Positions 38,027 to 48,102 of a stretch of 64,000 nucleotides of DNA are shown piece after piece (within the stretch, counting starts at the first letter, position 1; every line of letters begins with the position of its first letter). A model generated the notes under the pieces. The model saw nothing but the letters and a program-made list of their open reading frames with translations, had not been told where the DNA came from and made no database searches. Position numbers and translations under genes: made by a program. The stretch lies in assembly GCA_043815505.1 (NCBI GenBank), contig JBDRIV010000002.1, forward strand, positions 374,943 to 438,942. Direction: 5' to 3'. The stretch comes from a bacterium (GTDB lineage Bacteria; Patescibacteriota; JABMPQ01; JBDRIV01).

Positions 38027-40648
38027 ATGTCATTATTTGGAAAAATATTTGGTGATTTAAACGATCAGGAAATAAAAAAACTTGAACCGATTGTGGCCGA
38101 AATAAATTCTTTTGAGAAAAACTTTGCTGACTTATCAGATGAGGAATTGAAGGGAAAAACTGATGAATATAAAGATAGGTTGAGCAAAGGAACTAAGCTA
38201 AAGGAAATATTACCCGAAGCTTTTGCTACAGTTCGTGAAGCGAGCAAGCGCACATTAAATATGCGCCATTTTGATGTGCAATTAATGGGTGGACTTGTTT
38301 TGCATCAGGGACGCGTGGCGGAATTAAAAACTGGTGAAGGAAAAACTTTGATGGCTACGCTGGCTGTTTATTTAAATGCGCTTTCAGGCAAGGGTGTTCA
38401 TGTAGTAACGGTCAACGAATATTTGGCCAAACGCGACGCCGAATGGATGGAACCAATTTATACTGCTTTAGGAATTACGGTTGGTTACATTTATCATGGT
38501 CAAGAATTTACTGAGAAAAAAGAAGCCTATAATAAAGATGTAACTTATGGCACCAACAATGAATTTGGTTTTGACTATTTGCGCGATAACATGGCTTCAG
38601 AAATGGATAAAATGGTACAGCGCCCACTTAAGTTTGCTATTGTCGACGAAGTGGACAGCATTTTAATTGATGAAGCACGCACACCGCTGATAATTTCTTC
38701 GCCAGCAGCTAAAGCTACTGATCAGTATTATCAATTTGCCAAACTCGTTCCTAAATTAAAAGAAAATGAAGATTTTAATGTGGATGAAAAATTAAAAGCC
38801 GTAACACTTACTGACGACGGTATTAGTAAAATGGAAAAAATGCTTGGTATAGATAGTTTGTATGAAGCTGACAAGCTTTCCGTAATTCATCATTTGGAAC
38901 AAGCTCTACGAGCTTATACTTTATTTAAACGTGACAAAGAATATGTGGTAAAAGATGAGGAGGTTATTATTGTTGATGAATTTACTGGTCGTTTAATGCC
39001 AGGGAGAAGATTTTCCGAAGGTCTGCATCAAGCACTGGAAGCCAAAGAAGGTGTGGAAATTCAAAAAGAAAGTTTAACTTTAGCTACCATAACATTTCAA
39101 AATTATTTTCGTTTGTACAAAAAACTTTCTGGCATGACCGGAACGGCCAAAACTGAGGAAGAAGAATTCCAGAAAATTTATGGCATGATTGTCGTAGTGG
39201 TGCCAACCAATAAAGAAATGATTAGAAATGACAAGCCAGATAGAGTTTATAAAAATGAAACAGGAAAATTTGAAGCTATAATTCGAGAAGCTAAGGAGAG
39301 AAATTCAAAGGGCCAGCCAGTTTTAATTGGTACAGTTTCTATTGAAAAAAATGAAGACTTAAGCTCAGCTCTTACCAAGGCTGGTGTTCCGCACAAAATG
39401 TTAAATGCCAAAAACCATGAACAAGAAGCCAATATTATTGCTGATGCTGGAAAAATTGGGGCCGTAACTTTGGCTACCAACATGGCTGGTCGTGGTGTAG
39501 ACGTAAAATTGGGAGGCAGTGAGGCGACAGAGGAAGACAGGAAAAAAGTTTTGGAATTTGGTGGTTTGTTTGTACTAGGAACTGAGCGACATGAATCAAG
39601 AAGAATCGATAATCAGTTGCGTGGTCGTTCTGGTCGGCAAGGCGATCCGGGTGAGTCACAGTTCTTTGTTTCTATGGATGATGAATTACTTCGCATTTTT
39701 GGATCAGATAGAATGAAAGGCATGATGGAAGCATTAAGAGTTCCCGATGATCAACCAATCGAAAATCGTCTTATCTCCAGACAAATTGAAGCTGCCCAAA
39801 AGAAAGTTGAAGGTAATAATTTTGATATTAGAAAACACATTGTGGAATATGACGACGTGATGAACAAACATCGCGAAGTTATTTACAAAAGAAGATTTCA
39901 AATTCTGCAGGCCTGGCAAAAAGATAAAGAGGACTTAAAAGAAGGAAAGGTTCCAAATAATTTTAAATCAGCTTTAAAACCACTAGTGTTGGAAATGATT
40001 GATGAGGAAATTGATCGTGTAGTTTCCTTTCATACTACTGGTCATGATGAAAACAAGTGGAATTTGGAAGAAATTTATGAAACGATGAATACCATTACAC
40101 CGCTAGATTCTAAACTACATTTAGATATTAAAGATTTGCGCGACCGTGCTGGTGATGCCACTGAGGATGTAAAAGCCAGAAATGCTATCACTCAACACAT
40201 TTTTAAGCTAATTCATAATAAATATGAGGAGCGTGAACAGGAAGTCGGAATTCCGAACATGCGTTTGATTGAACGTTCAGTTTTGTTGCGGACAGTTGAT
40301 AATTTATGGATTGAACATCTGGATGCGATGGAAAGATTACGCGAAGGCGTTCGTTTGCGTGGTTATGGTAATCGTGATCCGCTGGTGGAATATAAAAAAG
40401 AAGGTTTTCAAATGTTTCAAAATTTATTGGCCATGGTGCAAGGTAATGTGGCTTACTCAGTATTTAAAATAAAACTAGCTTCCGAGCAGGAAAAAACTCC
40501 GATGGAAAAAGAAGATTTGCAAATGGCCGGCGCTGCTAAAACTGCTGGCGGACAAAAAAATAAGCCAATTGAGAAAAAGGAAAAAGTAGGCAGAAACGAC
40601 CCTTGCCCTTGTGGAAGTGGAAAAAAGTATAAAAAATGCCACGGATAA
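38027..40648 (+). CDS. secA: Preprotein translocase ATPase SecA
   Basis: DEAD-like motors (MATGEGKTL, DEVDSILIDEARTPLIIS). C-terminal zinc finger CPCGSGKKYKKCHG. Confidence 0.97.
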   Translation: MSLFGKIFGDLNDQEIKKLEPIVAEINSFEKNFADLSDEELKGKTDEYKDRLSKGTKLKEILPEAFATVREASKRTLNMRHFDVQLMGGLVLHQGRVAELKTGEGKTLMATLAVYLNALSGKGVHVVTVNEYLAKRDAEWMEPIYTALGITVGYIYHGQEFTEKKEAYNKDVTYGTNNEFGFDYLRDNMASEMDKMVQRPLKFAIVDEVDSILIDEARTPLIISSPAAKATDQYYQFAKLVPKLKENEDFNVDEKLKAVTLTDDGISKMEKMLGIDSLYEADKLSVIHHLEQALRAYTLFKRDKEYVVKDEEVIIVDEFTGRLMPGRRFSEGLHQALEAKEGVEIQKESLTLATITFQNYFRLYKKLSGMTGTAKTEEEEFQKIYGMIVVVVPTNKEMIRNDKPDRVYKNETGKFEAIIREAKERNSKGQPVLIGTVSIEKNEDLSSALTKAGVPHKMLNAKNHEQEANIIADAGKIGAVTLATNMAGRGVDVKLGGSEATEEDRKKVLEFGGLFVLGTERHESRRIDNQLRGRSGRQGDPGESQFFVSMDDELLRIFGSDRMKGMMEALRVPDDQPIENRLISRQIEAAQKKVEGNNFDIRKHIVEYDDVMNKHREVIYKRRFQILQAWQKDKEDLKEGKVPNNFKSALKPLVLEMIDEEIDRVVSFHTTGHDENKWNLEEIYETMNTITPLDSKLHLDIKDLRDRAGDATEDVKARNAITQHIFKLIHNKYEEREQEVGIPNMRLIERSVLLRTVDNLWIEHLDAMERLREGVRLRGYGNRDPLVEYKKEGFQMFQNLLAMVQGNVAYSVFKIKLASEQEKTPMEKEDLQMAGAAKTAGGQKNKPIEKKEKVGRNDPCPCGSGKKYKKCHG

Positions 40649-40721
40649 AAAAGATAAAAGATTAAAGAGTAAAGAGAAAAGAAATATTTTACTCATTTAT
40701 ATCTAAATTTTAATATTTCTT

Positions 40722-41300
40722 ATGGCCGAGGAATGTGAAGTGAAATTTTTGAATGTAAACATAGAAGAACTGGAAACCAAGCTAAAAAAACTTGGGGCTA
40801 AAAAGGTGGGCGAGTTTCATTATAAACGAAGAGTTTATGATTATCCTGATAGGCGTTTAGATAAAAAAGGCGCTTGGATTCGTTTAAGAACAGATGACAA
40901 GAAAACAACTCTTTGTTATAAAGAAAGAATTGGAATTAAATCTCATGATGGAAAAACAAACGACAAAACTTTTCATGAAGTTGAATTTGAAGTAAGCGAT
41001 TTTGAAAAGGCTAAAGAATTTATGGATAACCTTGGTTTCAAAGAGAAATTCTATGAGGAAAACACAAGAATTAGATACATGCTGAATGATATTGAATTTG
41101 ATATTGATACTTGGCCACTTCTCAAACCTTACTTGGAAATAGAAGCACCAACTTGGGATCAAGTTAACGAGGGAATAAAACTTCTAGAACTGGATCCAAA
41201 AGATAAAAAGATATTTTCTACCTATCAGGTATATCAACTGGAAGGAATTGATGAATTTGATTTTTCTGTTTTAACATTTGCTAAGCAGATTAAAAAGTGA
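40722..41300 (+). CDS. CYTH-domain protein (class IV adenylyl cyclase / triphosphatase fold)
   Basis: N-terminal ExExK (ECEVK) and a distal acidic pattern. Confidence 0.65.
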   Translation: MAEECEVKFLNVNIEELETKLKKLGAKKVGEFHYKRRVYDYPDRRLDKKGAWIRLRTDDKKTTLCYKERIGIKSHDGKTNDKTFHEVEFEVSDFEKAKEFMDNLGFKEKFYEENTRIRYMLNDIEFDIDTWPLLKPYLEIEAPTWDQVNEGIKLLELDPKDKKIFSTYQVYQLEGIDEFDFSVLTFAKQIKK

Positions 41301-41345
41301 TACCTTGAAGTATTGAACTTTTGGGGAGAGGAGAAAGGATGCTAG

Positions 41346-41603
41346 ATGAAAGTAACGCCCGCTTATGCTATGGATTGGACCTGCTATATTTATTTCACAG
41401 GAAGAATGCCCGCAAAAGGAGTCCTGGGAATTATAGAAATGATAGAGAAAAAAAGTTCTAAAGCTAAGCTTGGTGACGGCATGATTAAATGTGGGTCAAA
41501 AGGGTTGTTTTTCAATATCATTGTTGATAGCCATACTTTGGAATGGTTAAGAGCAAATTCAGACTTTACTATAATAAACTGTGACACCGACGATATTTTC
41601 TAG
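41346..41603 (+). CDS. Hypothetical protein
   Basis: ORF only. Confidence 0.3.
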   Translation: MKVTPAYAMDWTCYIYFTGRMPAKGVLGIIEMIEKKSSKAKLGDGMIKCGSKGLFFNIIVDSHTLEWLRANSDFTIINCDTDDIF

Positions 41604-41635
41604 TCGTCAAACCTCTCCCTCCTTTTTTTGAAACT

Positions 41636-42259
41636 ATGAGCTTAGAACGAGACGTACAATTTATTTACGAAACGGGTGCTCTGCGTCGTGTGCAACGTAC
41701 CTGGAAACATTTTTTTGATTATGATTTCCAAAATGTTACCGAACACACCTTTTAAATGATGTCGCTGGCTTTAATTATGGCTAAGCATGAAAATGCTGAT
41801 ATAGATAAGGTTTTAAAAATGGCTCTTATTCATGATATTACCGAATCGAGAAATGGAGATGTAAATTATCAATCAAGACTATATGTAGATAAAAAAGAAG
41901 AATTGGCAATAGACGATATTCTAAAAAGCACTTCCCTTGAAGAAGAGTGGAAAGAAATTTGGAATGAGTATGAAGAGAGAAAATCACTAGAATCCAAAAT
42001 TGTAAAAGATGCAGATATTCTGGATCAGAGTTTGGAAAAAGAAGAACAAGCAGCTAAAGGTAACAAAGAAATAAAAGAAGTCTTTAAAGATACAGAAAAA
42101 TTCTATTATTATAATTTGCAAACAAATGATGGGAAAAAGATTTATGGAGCCATGCAAAGTGTTGGTGTACATGACTGGCATGTAAAAGGTAGAAACGTTT
42201 ATACAGAATCAGACAAATCAGTTTTTGAAGGAATTAAGGAAAAACCAAGAAATAATTGA
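41636..42259 (+). pseudogene. YfbR-like HD-domain hydrolase gene interrupted by an in-frame TAA (the 41756-42259 part remains an intact ORF)
   Basis: 41636-41752 encodes MSLERDVQFIYETGALRRVQRTWKHFFDYDFQNVTEHTF, then TAA. The same frame continues MMSLALIMAKHE...LIHDITESRNGDV. The join matches the ESVAEHS..VA motif of YfbR-type HD hydrolases. Confidence 0.6.
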
Positions 42260-42289
42260 ACGTTCTTTAAAAACATGAGGAGGAATTCC

Positions 42290-42559
42290 ATGAGTATGAG
42301 ATCTTTACACTCTATTACCTTAGAGATCGATGATGATAGTATTGAAGCTACAAACCATGATAGTATTGAAGCTGCAAACCGAAAACTGGATAGCATGATA
42401 AGTGGCATAAGCCGACACATCACCAGTTATGTCACAGCCGGTGTGAGTAGTAGTTTATCCGACGGAGAAACTATCATGGCTTCCTGTGTTGGAATGATTA
42501 CAGAAGAAGAAGCAAATATTCTCAGAAGGAACAATGTCGACGTATGCAAGGATGAATAA
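42290..42559 (+). CDS. Hypothetical protein with internal 24-nt tandem repeat
   Basis: SD GAGGAGG 5 nt upstream. gatagtattgaagct(a/g)caaacc repeated twice. GC ~40%. Confidence 0.45.
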   Translation: MSMRSLHSITLEIDDDSIEATNHDSIEAANRKLDSMISGISRHITSYVTAGVSSSLSDGETIMASCVGMITEEEANILRRNNVDVCKDE

Positions 42560-42585
42560 CTAAAAACATTCGAAGAGGAACTCAC

Positions 42586-42807
42586 ATGCCGAGAAAGATG
42601 AGACGAGTAAGATATGAAACAACAAGCATGCAGGATGTTCCTGCACTTGCTGCTAAAACCAAGCGAACAATTAGCAGGAAAAAAAAAGATCTAGTTTTAT
42701 ATGCTTGGATAAGAAAAAACAGAGTTGGTTGGGAAACCGAAATGCATATCACAGACAAGGAGGCCACCAAGTTGGAAAAGAAAGGATTTATTGTAACATT
42801 ACTTTGA
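42586..42807 (+). CDS. Hypothetical small basic protein
   Basis: SD gaAGAGGaactcacATG. Confidence 0.4.
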   Translation: MPRKMRRVRYETTSMQDVPALAAKTKRTISRKKKDLVLYAWIRKNRVGWETEMHITDKEATKLEKKGFIVTLL

Positions 42808-42817
42808 AGGAGGTGGT

Positions 42818-43252
42818 GTGATGAGAATGTTCAGGGTAGAAGTTTCAAATCCAATTCAAGATGCAATGATTATTATAACAGAGACCATCGGTGAGACTAG
42901 ATTGAAAAATGCCATTCGGTTAAAAAAAGTGGACGGATCTCTTTTGGCTCTGTATGTCAAATTGTCAATTGAGGAAGCTGAACATTGGCAGAGGAATAGA
43001 TTGAAGGTCGAAAAGGTTGAGTCAGGAAGTTGTAGAAGTGTTCATATTTATCCGGGAAAAAAGATGGTTAATGAGAACACCTTTCTTCAAGAGCTCTTCG
43101 CAGTGTGTCCAAGTATTATGGGTAGGATTAAGACTTCGACTATCGATAGCCATTCGCGAAGACGCAAGACTCCTTTGATGTGTATGGTTAGTATCAATAA
43201 TATAGAAGCAAATGCGCTGCAAAAAGCCGGTTTCGAAGTTAATCAAAATTAA
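42818..43252 (+). CDS. Hypothetical protein
   Basis: SD gaAGGAGGtggtgtgATG. GC ~40%. Confidence 0.45.
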   Translation: MMRMFRVEVSNPIQDAMIIITETIGETRLKNAIRLKKVDGSLLALYVKLSIEEAEHWQRNRLKVEKVESGSCRSVHIYPGKKMVNENTFLQELFAVCPSIMGRIKTSTIDSHSRRRKTPLMCMVSINNIEANALQKAGFEVNQN

Positions 43253-43255
43253 AAT

Positions 43256-43302
43256 TTTGGGTTTGCGGATCAGTAATGATCCCCAAACCCATTTATTTTT
43301 TC
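43256..43302 (+). terminator. Rho-independent terminator
   Basis: gggtttgcggatca/tgatccccaaaccc hairpin followed by a T-run. Confidence 0.55.
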
Positions 43303-43477
43303 AATTGAAAAATATAGATGTTTAAAATAAAATAACAATAACTTAGTAATTAATTGATTAGCACAAATCACAAAAACCTTAAGACTTTTTAGAAAATAAT
43401 ACCCGGCCATAATGGTCGGGTATGTTATATTCAGGAAACATCTTTTCTTTCACCAATAAGGCAAAAACATCCATAGA

Positions 43478-43885
43478 TTAAATAATTGATTTGGATTGTA
43501 AAACAAAGATAAGAGTAAAGGCAAGAAAGATGAACATTAAAATTAATGTTCTCCCGAGTTGTCTTGTCCACCACCACTTTACATAAATATAAGGATTTTT
43601 GAACAATGATAGGATCTTAATATCCACCATACAAAACCATATTAAAGACCAAAGCATACAGAAAAACGCGACTAAAGCGTCTAGGACGTAATTTCCAAAT
43701 ATAGTTATTACAATTGCTGGCACTGTGAGCCAACAAAACACTCGTAGAGTATTGGCTAGAATTTTCATCACATTGTGGGTCACATGATCCGTGAGAAGAC
43801 TTTGTTGCATGATTTTTTTGGATCTTTTATGCAACGATCGGGACAGAAAAATGAGAAGAATAACAAACAAAATGTTAGAAATCAT
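43478..43885 (-). CDS. Hypothetical membrane protein
   Basis: Four hydrophobic helices. Terminator hairpin downstream on the minus strand (43395-43420). Confidence 0.45.
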   Translation of the reverse strand: MISNILFVILLIFLSRSLHKRSKKIMQQSLLTDHVTHNVMKILANTLRVFCWLTVPAIVITIFGNYVLDALVAFFCMLWSLIWFCMVDIKILSLFKNPYIYVKWWWTRQLGRTLILMFIFLAFTLIFVLQSKSII

Positions 43886-44055
43886 GGCGAACTCCTATAG
43901 TGTTTTATGTTTTGTGTGAGTTGAAAGGTAAAACTTTCTGCAGGAAATATATCCTGACAAATTTGTTAGAGAACAACAGTTCAATTTAATACATTAAACA
44001 GATTTTGTCAAAATAAGAAAATATTGTATAATTCAAAGAGAATTATTTATATTAT

Positions 44056-45486
44056 ATGAAACCAAAATATATACTAATAATTGCTGTTTTGGCTTTGGGT
44101 TTAGTTTATTTTATGCCCGGAATTGCCTCAGCTGATTATTCTGAGCATTCTACCGATCCCAAAGTTAAAAGATTTACACCTGAGGGTACTTTTCAGAATG
44201 AATTCTTAACTTTTGACCATAAATTCGGTGGTGGTATGACGGTAGCAACAGGAGATTTTGATGGCGACGGAGTTGATGATATTGCCGTTGGAGCTGGTCC
44301 AGGTGGCGGTCCGCAAGTGCAAATTTATAAAGCTGGCGGACAGTTAATGTATAGTTTCTTTCCCTTCCATCCCGATTTTCGTGGTGGGGTCAGTGTGGCT
44401 GCTGGAGATTTTACTGGAGATGGAAAAGCAGAACTGGTAGTTGCTCAAAGATCAAAAGGACAAGCATGGGTTAAAGTTTATGAAGTAAGACATAATTGGG
44501 TACTGGCAAATTTTATGGTTTATGATCCTGGACATCAAGGTGGCGCTTATATAGCTGTCGGTGATATTAATGGCGATGGTAAAAATGAAATTATAACATC
44601 ACCAGCTTCTACCAATCGTTGCCATGTTAGAACTTTTAGTGCTAACGGAACTTATGCTGGTTGGGATGCTTTCCCTTTTGCTGATAATCAAAAAGGTGGC
44701 TGTACAGTTGCAGTTGCTAATGTTGATGGCGGTCCCGAAACTGAAGTGGTGGTAGGAATGGCCGCCTTTGGAACAGCTACCGTTAGGACTTACAAAACAA
44801 ATTCTGGACGACAAATTTTAGGAGAATTTCTAGCTTATCCCTTACCATATTCACGAGGTGTACAAATTGGCGCCGGCGATTTTGACAACGATGGAGAAGA
44901 CGAAATTGTTACTGTTCCAACACTGGGACCAACCCATATGAGAATGTTTGAAGCTTACGGAAAAGCTATTGAAAATGAAAATTTGTTTGCCCACGATCAG
45001 AACACTTTCCGCGGTGGCGGTTATGTAGCTGGTGGTTCATTTGATAGAGGCAAAAGATCAGATACATTAGTGGTTGCTCCCAGTAAAAAACAATATGAGG
45101 GACTAACCGATTATTACAAATATATTGATATTGATTTATCTGATCAAACATTACGAGCTTATAGGGAAGGGGACAAGGTTTATGAAACTTTAGTATCTAG
45201 TGGAATTTCCAGATATCCAACACCGCAGGGAACTTTCGCTGTGCGCGATCATATTTTATCAGAAAGAATGAAATGGGAATATGGACCCGATCACCCTGAT
45301 AACTACGATTTAGAAGATGTTCCTCATGTAATGCATTTTAATGGTCCTTACGCTTTGCATGGTGCCTACTGGCACAATAATTTCGGACATATTATGAGCC
45401 ATGGTTGTATAAATTTACCTTTAGGAGCGGCCGAGTGGCTTTACAATTGGGCCGATAATGGCGATACTGTAATAGTGCATGAATAA
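44056..45486 (+). CDS. Secreted FG-GAP/VCBS-repeat beta-propeller protein with C-terminal L,D-transpeptidase (YkuD) domain
   Basis: Signal peptide. Five GDFDGDG-type repeats. C-terminal ...HGAYWHNNFGHIMSHGCINLP catalytic His/Cys motif. Confidence 0.75.
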   Translation: MKPKYILIIAVLALGLVYFMPGIASADYSEHSTDPKVKRFTPEGTFQNEFLTFDHKFGGGMTVATGDFDGDGVDDIAVGAGPGGGPQVQIYKAGGQLMYSFFPFHPDFRGGVSVAAGDFTGDGKAELVVAQRSKGQAWVKVYEVRHNWVLANFMVYDPGHQGGAYIAVGDINGDGKNEIITSPASTNRCHVRTFSANGTYAGWDAFPFADNQKGGCTVAVANVDGGPETEVVVGMAAFGTATVRTYKTNSGRQILGEFLAYPLPYSRGVQIGAGDFDNDGEDEIVTVPTLGPTHMRMFEAYGKAIENENLFAHDQNTFRGGGYVAGGSFDRGKRSDTLVVAPSKKQYEGLTDYYKYIDIDLSDQTLRAYREGDKVYETLVSSGISRYPTPQGTFAVRDHILSERMKWEYGPDHPDNYDLEDVPHVMHFNGPYALHGAYWHNNFGHIMSHGCINLPLGAAEWLYNWADNGDTVIVHE

Positions 45487-45541
45487 ATAGAAAAAAATCA
45501 AAGTCAAAGTCATGACCTTTGGCTTTTGAATTGAAGCAAAT

Positions 45542-46891
45542 ATGAATATAAGAAAGAAAATTTGGTTAACTCTAATAGGAATCGTTGTCCTGGCTATTTT
45601 AGCAGGCATGGTTAATTGGCCTGGTGAAGAGCTACCATTTTTTAATAAATTTAAAACTCATTTGGGGCTTGATTTACAAGGAGGAACCCATTTAGTTTAT
45701 CAAGCAGATATAACCAATGTAGAAGAAAACGAAATTGATGATTCCTTAGCTGGTGTACGCGATGTTATTGAAAATCGAGTGAATGCTTTTGGTGTGGCTG
45801 AACCGGTAATTCAAACTAACAAAACAGAAGGAAACTATAGAGTCATAATTGAATTGGCCGGCGTTCAAGACGTAAATGAAGCTATAAATATGATTGGTCA
45901 AACACCAACACTTGATTTTCGTGAATTGTCAGACACTCAATATACAGTTGAAGATTTTACGGATGCCGATGGGAATCAATTACTAACCGAAGATCAATTA
46001 CCACCAAAATTTGATATTACCGCTTTAACCGGTCAGCATTTACAAAAAGCCACCTTGCAATTTGATCAAAATACTAATCAACCGATTGTTGGTTTGCAAT
46101 TTGATAATGAAGGAAAAGACATTTTTGCCGAATTAACAAAAAAGAATTTAGGTAAACCACTGGCAATTTATTTAGATGGTCAGCAAATTTCTGTTCCTAC
46201 AGTGCAAAGTGAAATTACAAGTGGCGAAGCAATAATTTCTGGTAATTTTGACATTGAAGAAGCACGAACCTTAGCTCGTCGTTTAAATGCCGGTGCCTTG
46301 CCGGTACCAATTGAATTAATTTCTCAACAAACTGTTGGTGCCTCACTTGGTGCTGAATCGATCGATAAAAGTTTGTATGCTGGCATAATCGGACTTATCT
46401 TGGTTTCTATATTTATGCTTATTTATTATCGTTTACCTGGCCTGCTGTCAGTTTTTGCTCTTATTATTTACGGACTAATATTATTTGCCTTGGTTAAAAT
46501 GATTCCTATTACTTTAACTCTAGCTGGAATTGCTGGTTTCATATTATCGGTTGGTATGGCAGTAGATGCTAATGTTTTGATATTTGAAAGAATGAAAGAA
46601 GAATTAAAAGAAGGCAAAACTTTAGGTGCTGCCATTGAAGAAGGTTTTAATCATGCTTGGAAATCAATTCGTGATTCTAACATTTCTACGCTTATAACCT
46701 GCTTTATTCTATTTTGGTTTGGCACAAGCATTGTTAAGGGTTTTGCTTTAACCTTAGGCATTGGTGTTTTAATCAGTATGTTTTCCGCCATAACAGTTTC
46801 CAGGACTTTATTACGCGTATTTATTGGTACTAGAATTGGAAACTCTAAATTTTTATTTTCTGCTCCCAAAGCAGAGGTTAAAGAAGAATAA
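45542..46891 (+). CDS. secD: Protein translocase subunit SecD
   Basis: Periplasmic domain plus 6-TM C-terminal region. Pairs with secF. Confidence 0.85.
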   Translation: MNIRKKIWLTLIGIVVLAILAGMVNWPGEELPFFNKFKTHLGLDLQGGTHLVYQADITNVEENEIDDSLAGVRDVIENRVNAFGVAEPVIQTNKTEGNYRVIIELAGVQDVNEAINMIGQTPTLDFRELSDTQYTVEDFTDADGNQLLTEDQLPPKFDITALTGQHLQKATLQFDQNTNQPIVGLQFDNEGKDIFAELTKKNLGKPLAIYLDGQQISVPTVQSEITSGEAIISGNFDIEEARTLARRLNAGALPVPIELISQQTVGASLGAESIDKSLYAGIIGLILVSIFMLIYYRLPGLLSVFALIIYGLILFALVKMIPITLTLAGIAGFILSVGMAVDANVLIFERMKEELKEGKTLGAAIEEGFNHAWKSIRDSNISTLITCFILFWFGTSIVKGFALTLGIGVLISMFSAITVSRTLLRVFIGTRIGNSKFLFSAPKAEVKEE

Positions 46892-47877
46892 TGAATATTG
46901 CTATTATAAAAAATAAAAAATATTGGTTAGGTTTTTCTGGAGTTTTACTTCTAACTTGTGTGATATTTATATTTATTTTTGGTTTGAAGCTTGGAATTGA
47001 CTTTACTGGTGGATCATTACTGGAAGTAAAAATCAATTCTGATACCAGTTTTGAAGCTCGGGTTGTGACTGAAAAATTGGAAAGTTTGGATTTTCTAGAA
47101 TCGGCTAAAGTTCAACCAACAGAAAACAATGGTTTGTTTATTAGAATGAAGACCTTAACTGAAGAAGAGCATCAAAGTGTGTTAGTAGCCTTAGAAGAAA
47201 TGGTAAAACCGGAAAATGCGACTGATGAAACGCCAGCAACAACTGAAAATGAAGTAGTAAACACTGAAGAAGCAACAACCAGTGAGAAAGCTCCTGCAGA
47301 AAGCTTAATTATAGAACAAAGATTTGAATCGATTGGACCGGTTATTGGCTCAGAAATGGCCAGAAAATCCATTTATGCCATTATATTCGTTTTAGTGGGA
47401 ATTATTTCTTATCTAGCTTGGGCTTTTAAAAAGGTGGGAAGCGATGTATCACCTTGGAAATTCGGTGCCTGTGCTATTTTTGCCCTCATTCATGATTTAC
47501 TAATTGTGGTTGGTGTATTTGCGCTGCTCGGTAAAGTACTGAATGTAGAGATTGATACTATGTTTATAACAGCTCTGCTTACTGTGCTTGGTTTTTCCGT
47601 TCATGATACCATCGTTGTCTTTGATCGCGTGCGTTACAATTTACTTAGAAATGCTGGTGACAATTTTGCTGACACTGTAAATTTGAGCGTTAATCAAACC
47701 ATAGTGCGTTCTATTAACACTTCTGTAACAACCCTGTTAGTACTGTTAGCCTTATATTTCCTTGGTGGAGCTACAATAAGTTGGTTTGTTTTAGCTTTGA
47801 TTGTAGGTATTATTGCTGGAACTTACTCATCAATCTTTTTTGCTAGCCCAATACTGGTTGCTTGGCAAAAAAAGTAA
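46891..47877 (+). CDS. secF: Protein translocase subunit SecF
   Basis: 6-TM SecF pattern immediately after secD. Confidence 0.85.
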   Translation: MNIAIIKNKKYWLGFSGVLLLTCVIFIFIFGLKLGIDFTGGSLLEVKINSDTSFEARVVTEKLESLDFLESAKVQPTENNGLFIRMKTLTEEEHQSVLVALEEMVKPENATDETPATTENEVVNTEEATTSEKAPAESLIIEQRFESIGPVIGSEMARKSIYAIIFVLVGIISYLAWAFKKVGSDVSPWKFGACAIFALIHDLLIVVGVFALLGKVLNVEIDTMFITALLTVLGFSVHDTIVVFDRVRYNLLRNAGDNFADTVNLSVNQTIVRSINTSVTTLLVLLALYFLGGATISWFVLALIVGIIAGTYSSIFFASPILVAWQKK

Positions 47878-48015
47878 GACGAGTTATAGAATATTTGCAA
47901 CAGGTGTCAAATTTATGCGGACACTTGTTTTTATTTCGGCTAAAATTAATTATAGGACAAAGTATTGACATATGAAGGTTAATATGATAGGATGTGCCAA
48001 CAGTACATAAAATCA

Positions 48016-48044
48016 TTGACAAGTAATACCTTTTATGATATTAT
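48016..48044 (+). promoter_or_regulatory. Candidate sigma-70-type promoter
   Basis: TTGACA-17-TATTAT, ~55 nt upstream of ORF 48103. Confidence 0.45.
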
Positions 48045-48102
48045 GTGCTTAAAGAGTGTAAAAAGAAGTACTTTTTACCTTAGTTAAGCTAAATTATAAA
48101 TA

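Noticed and set aside
41323-41623. Possible inverted repeats (ggagagg / cctctcc) flanking ORF 41346-41603
   Set aside because: The complementarity is only 7 bp in purine/pyrimidine tracts. It is too short to call a mobile-element terminal repeat.
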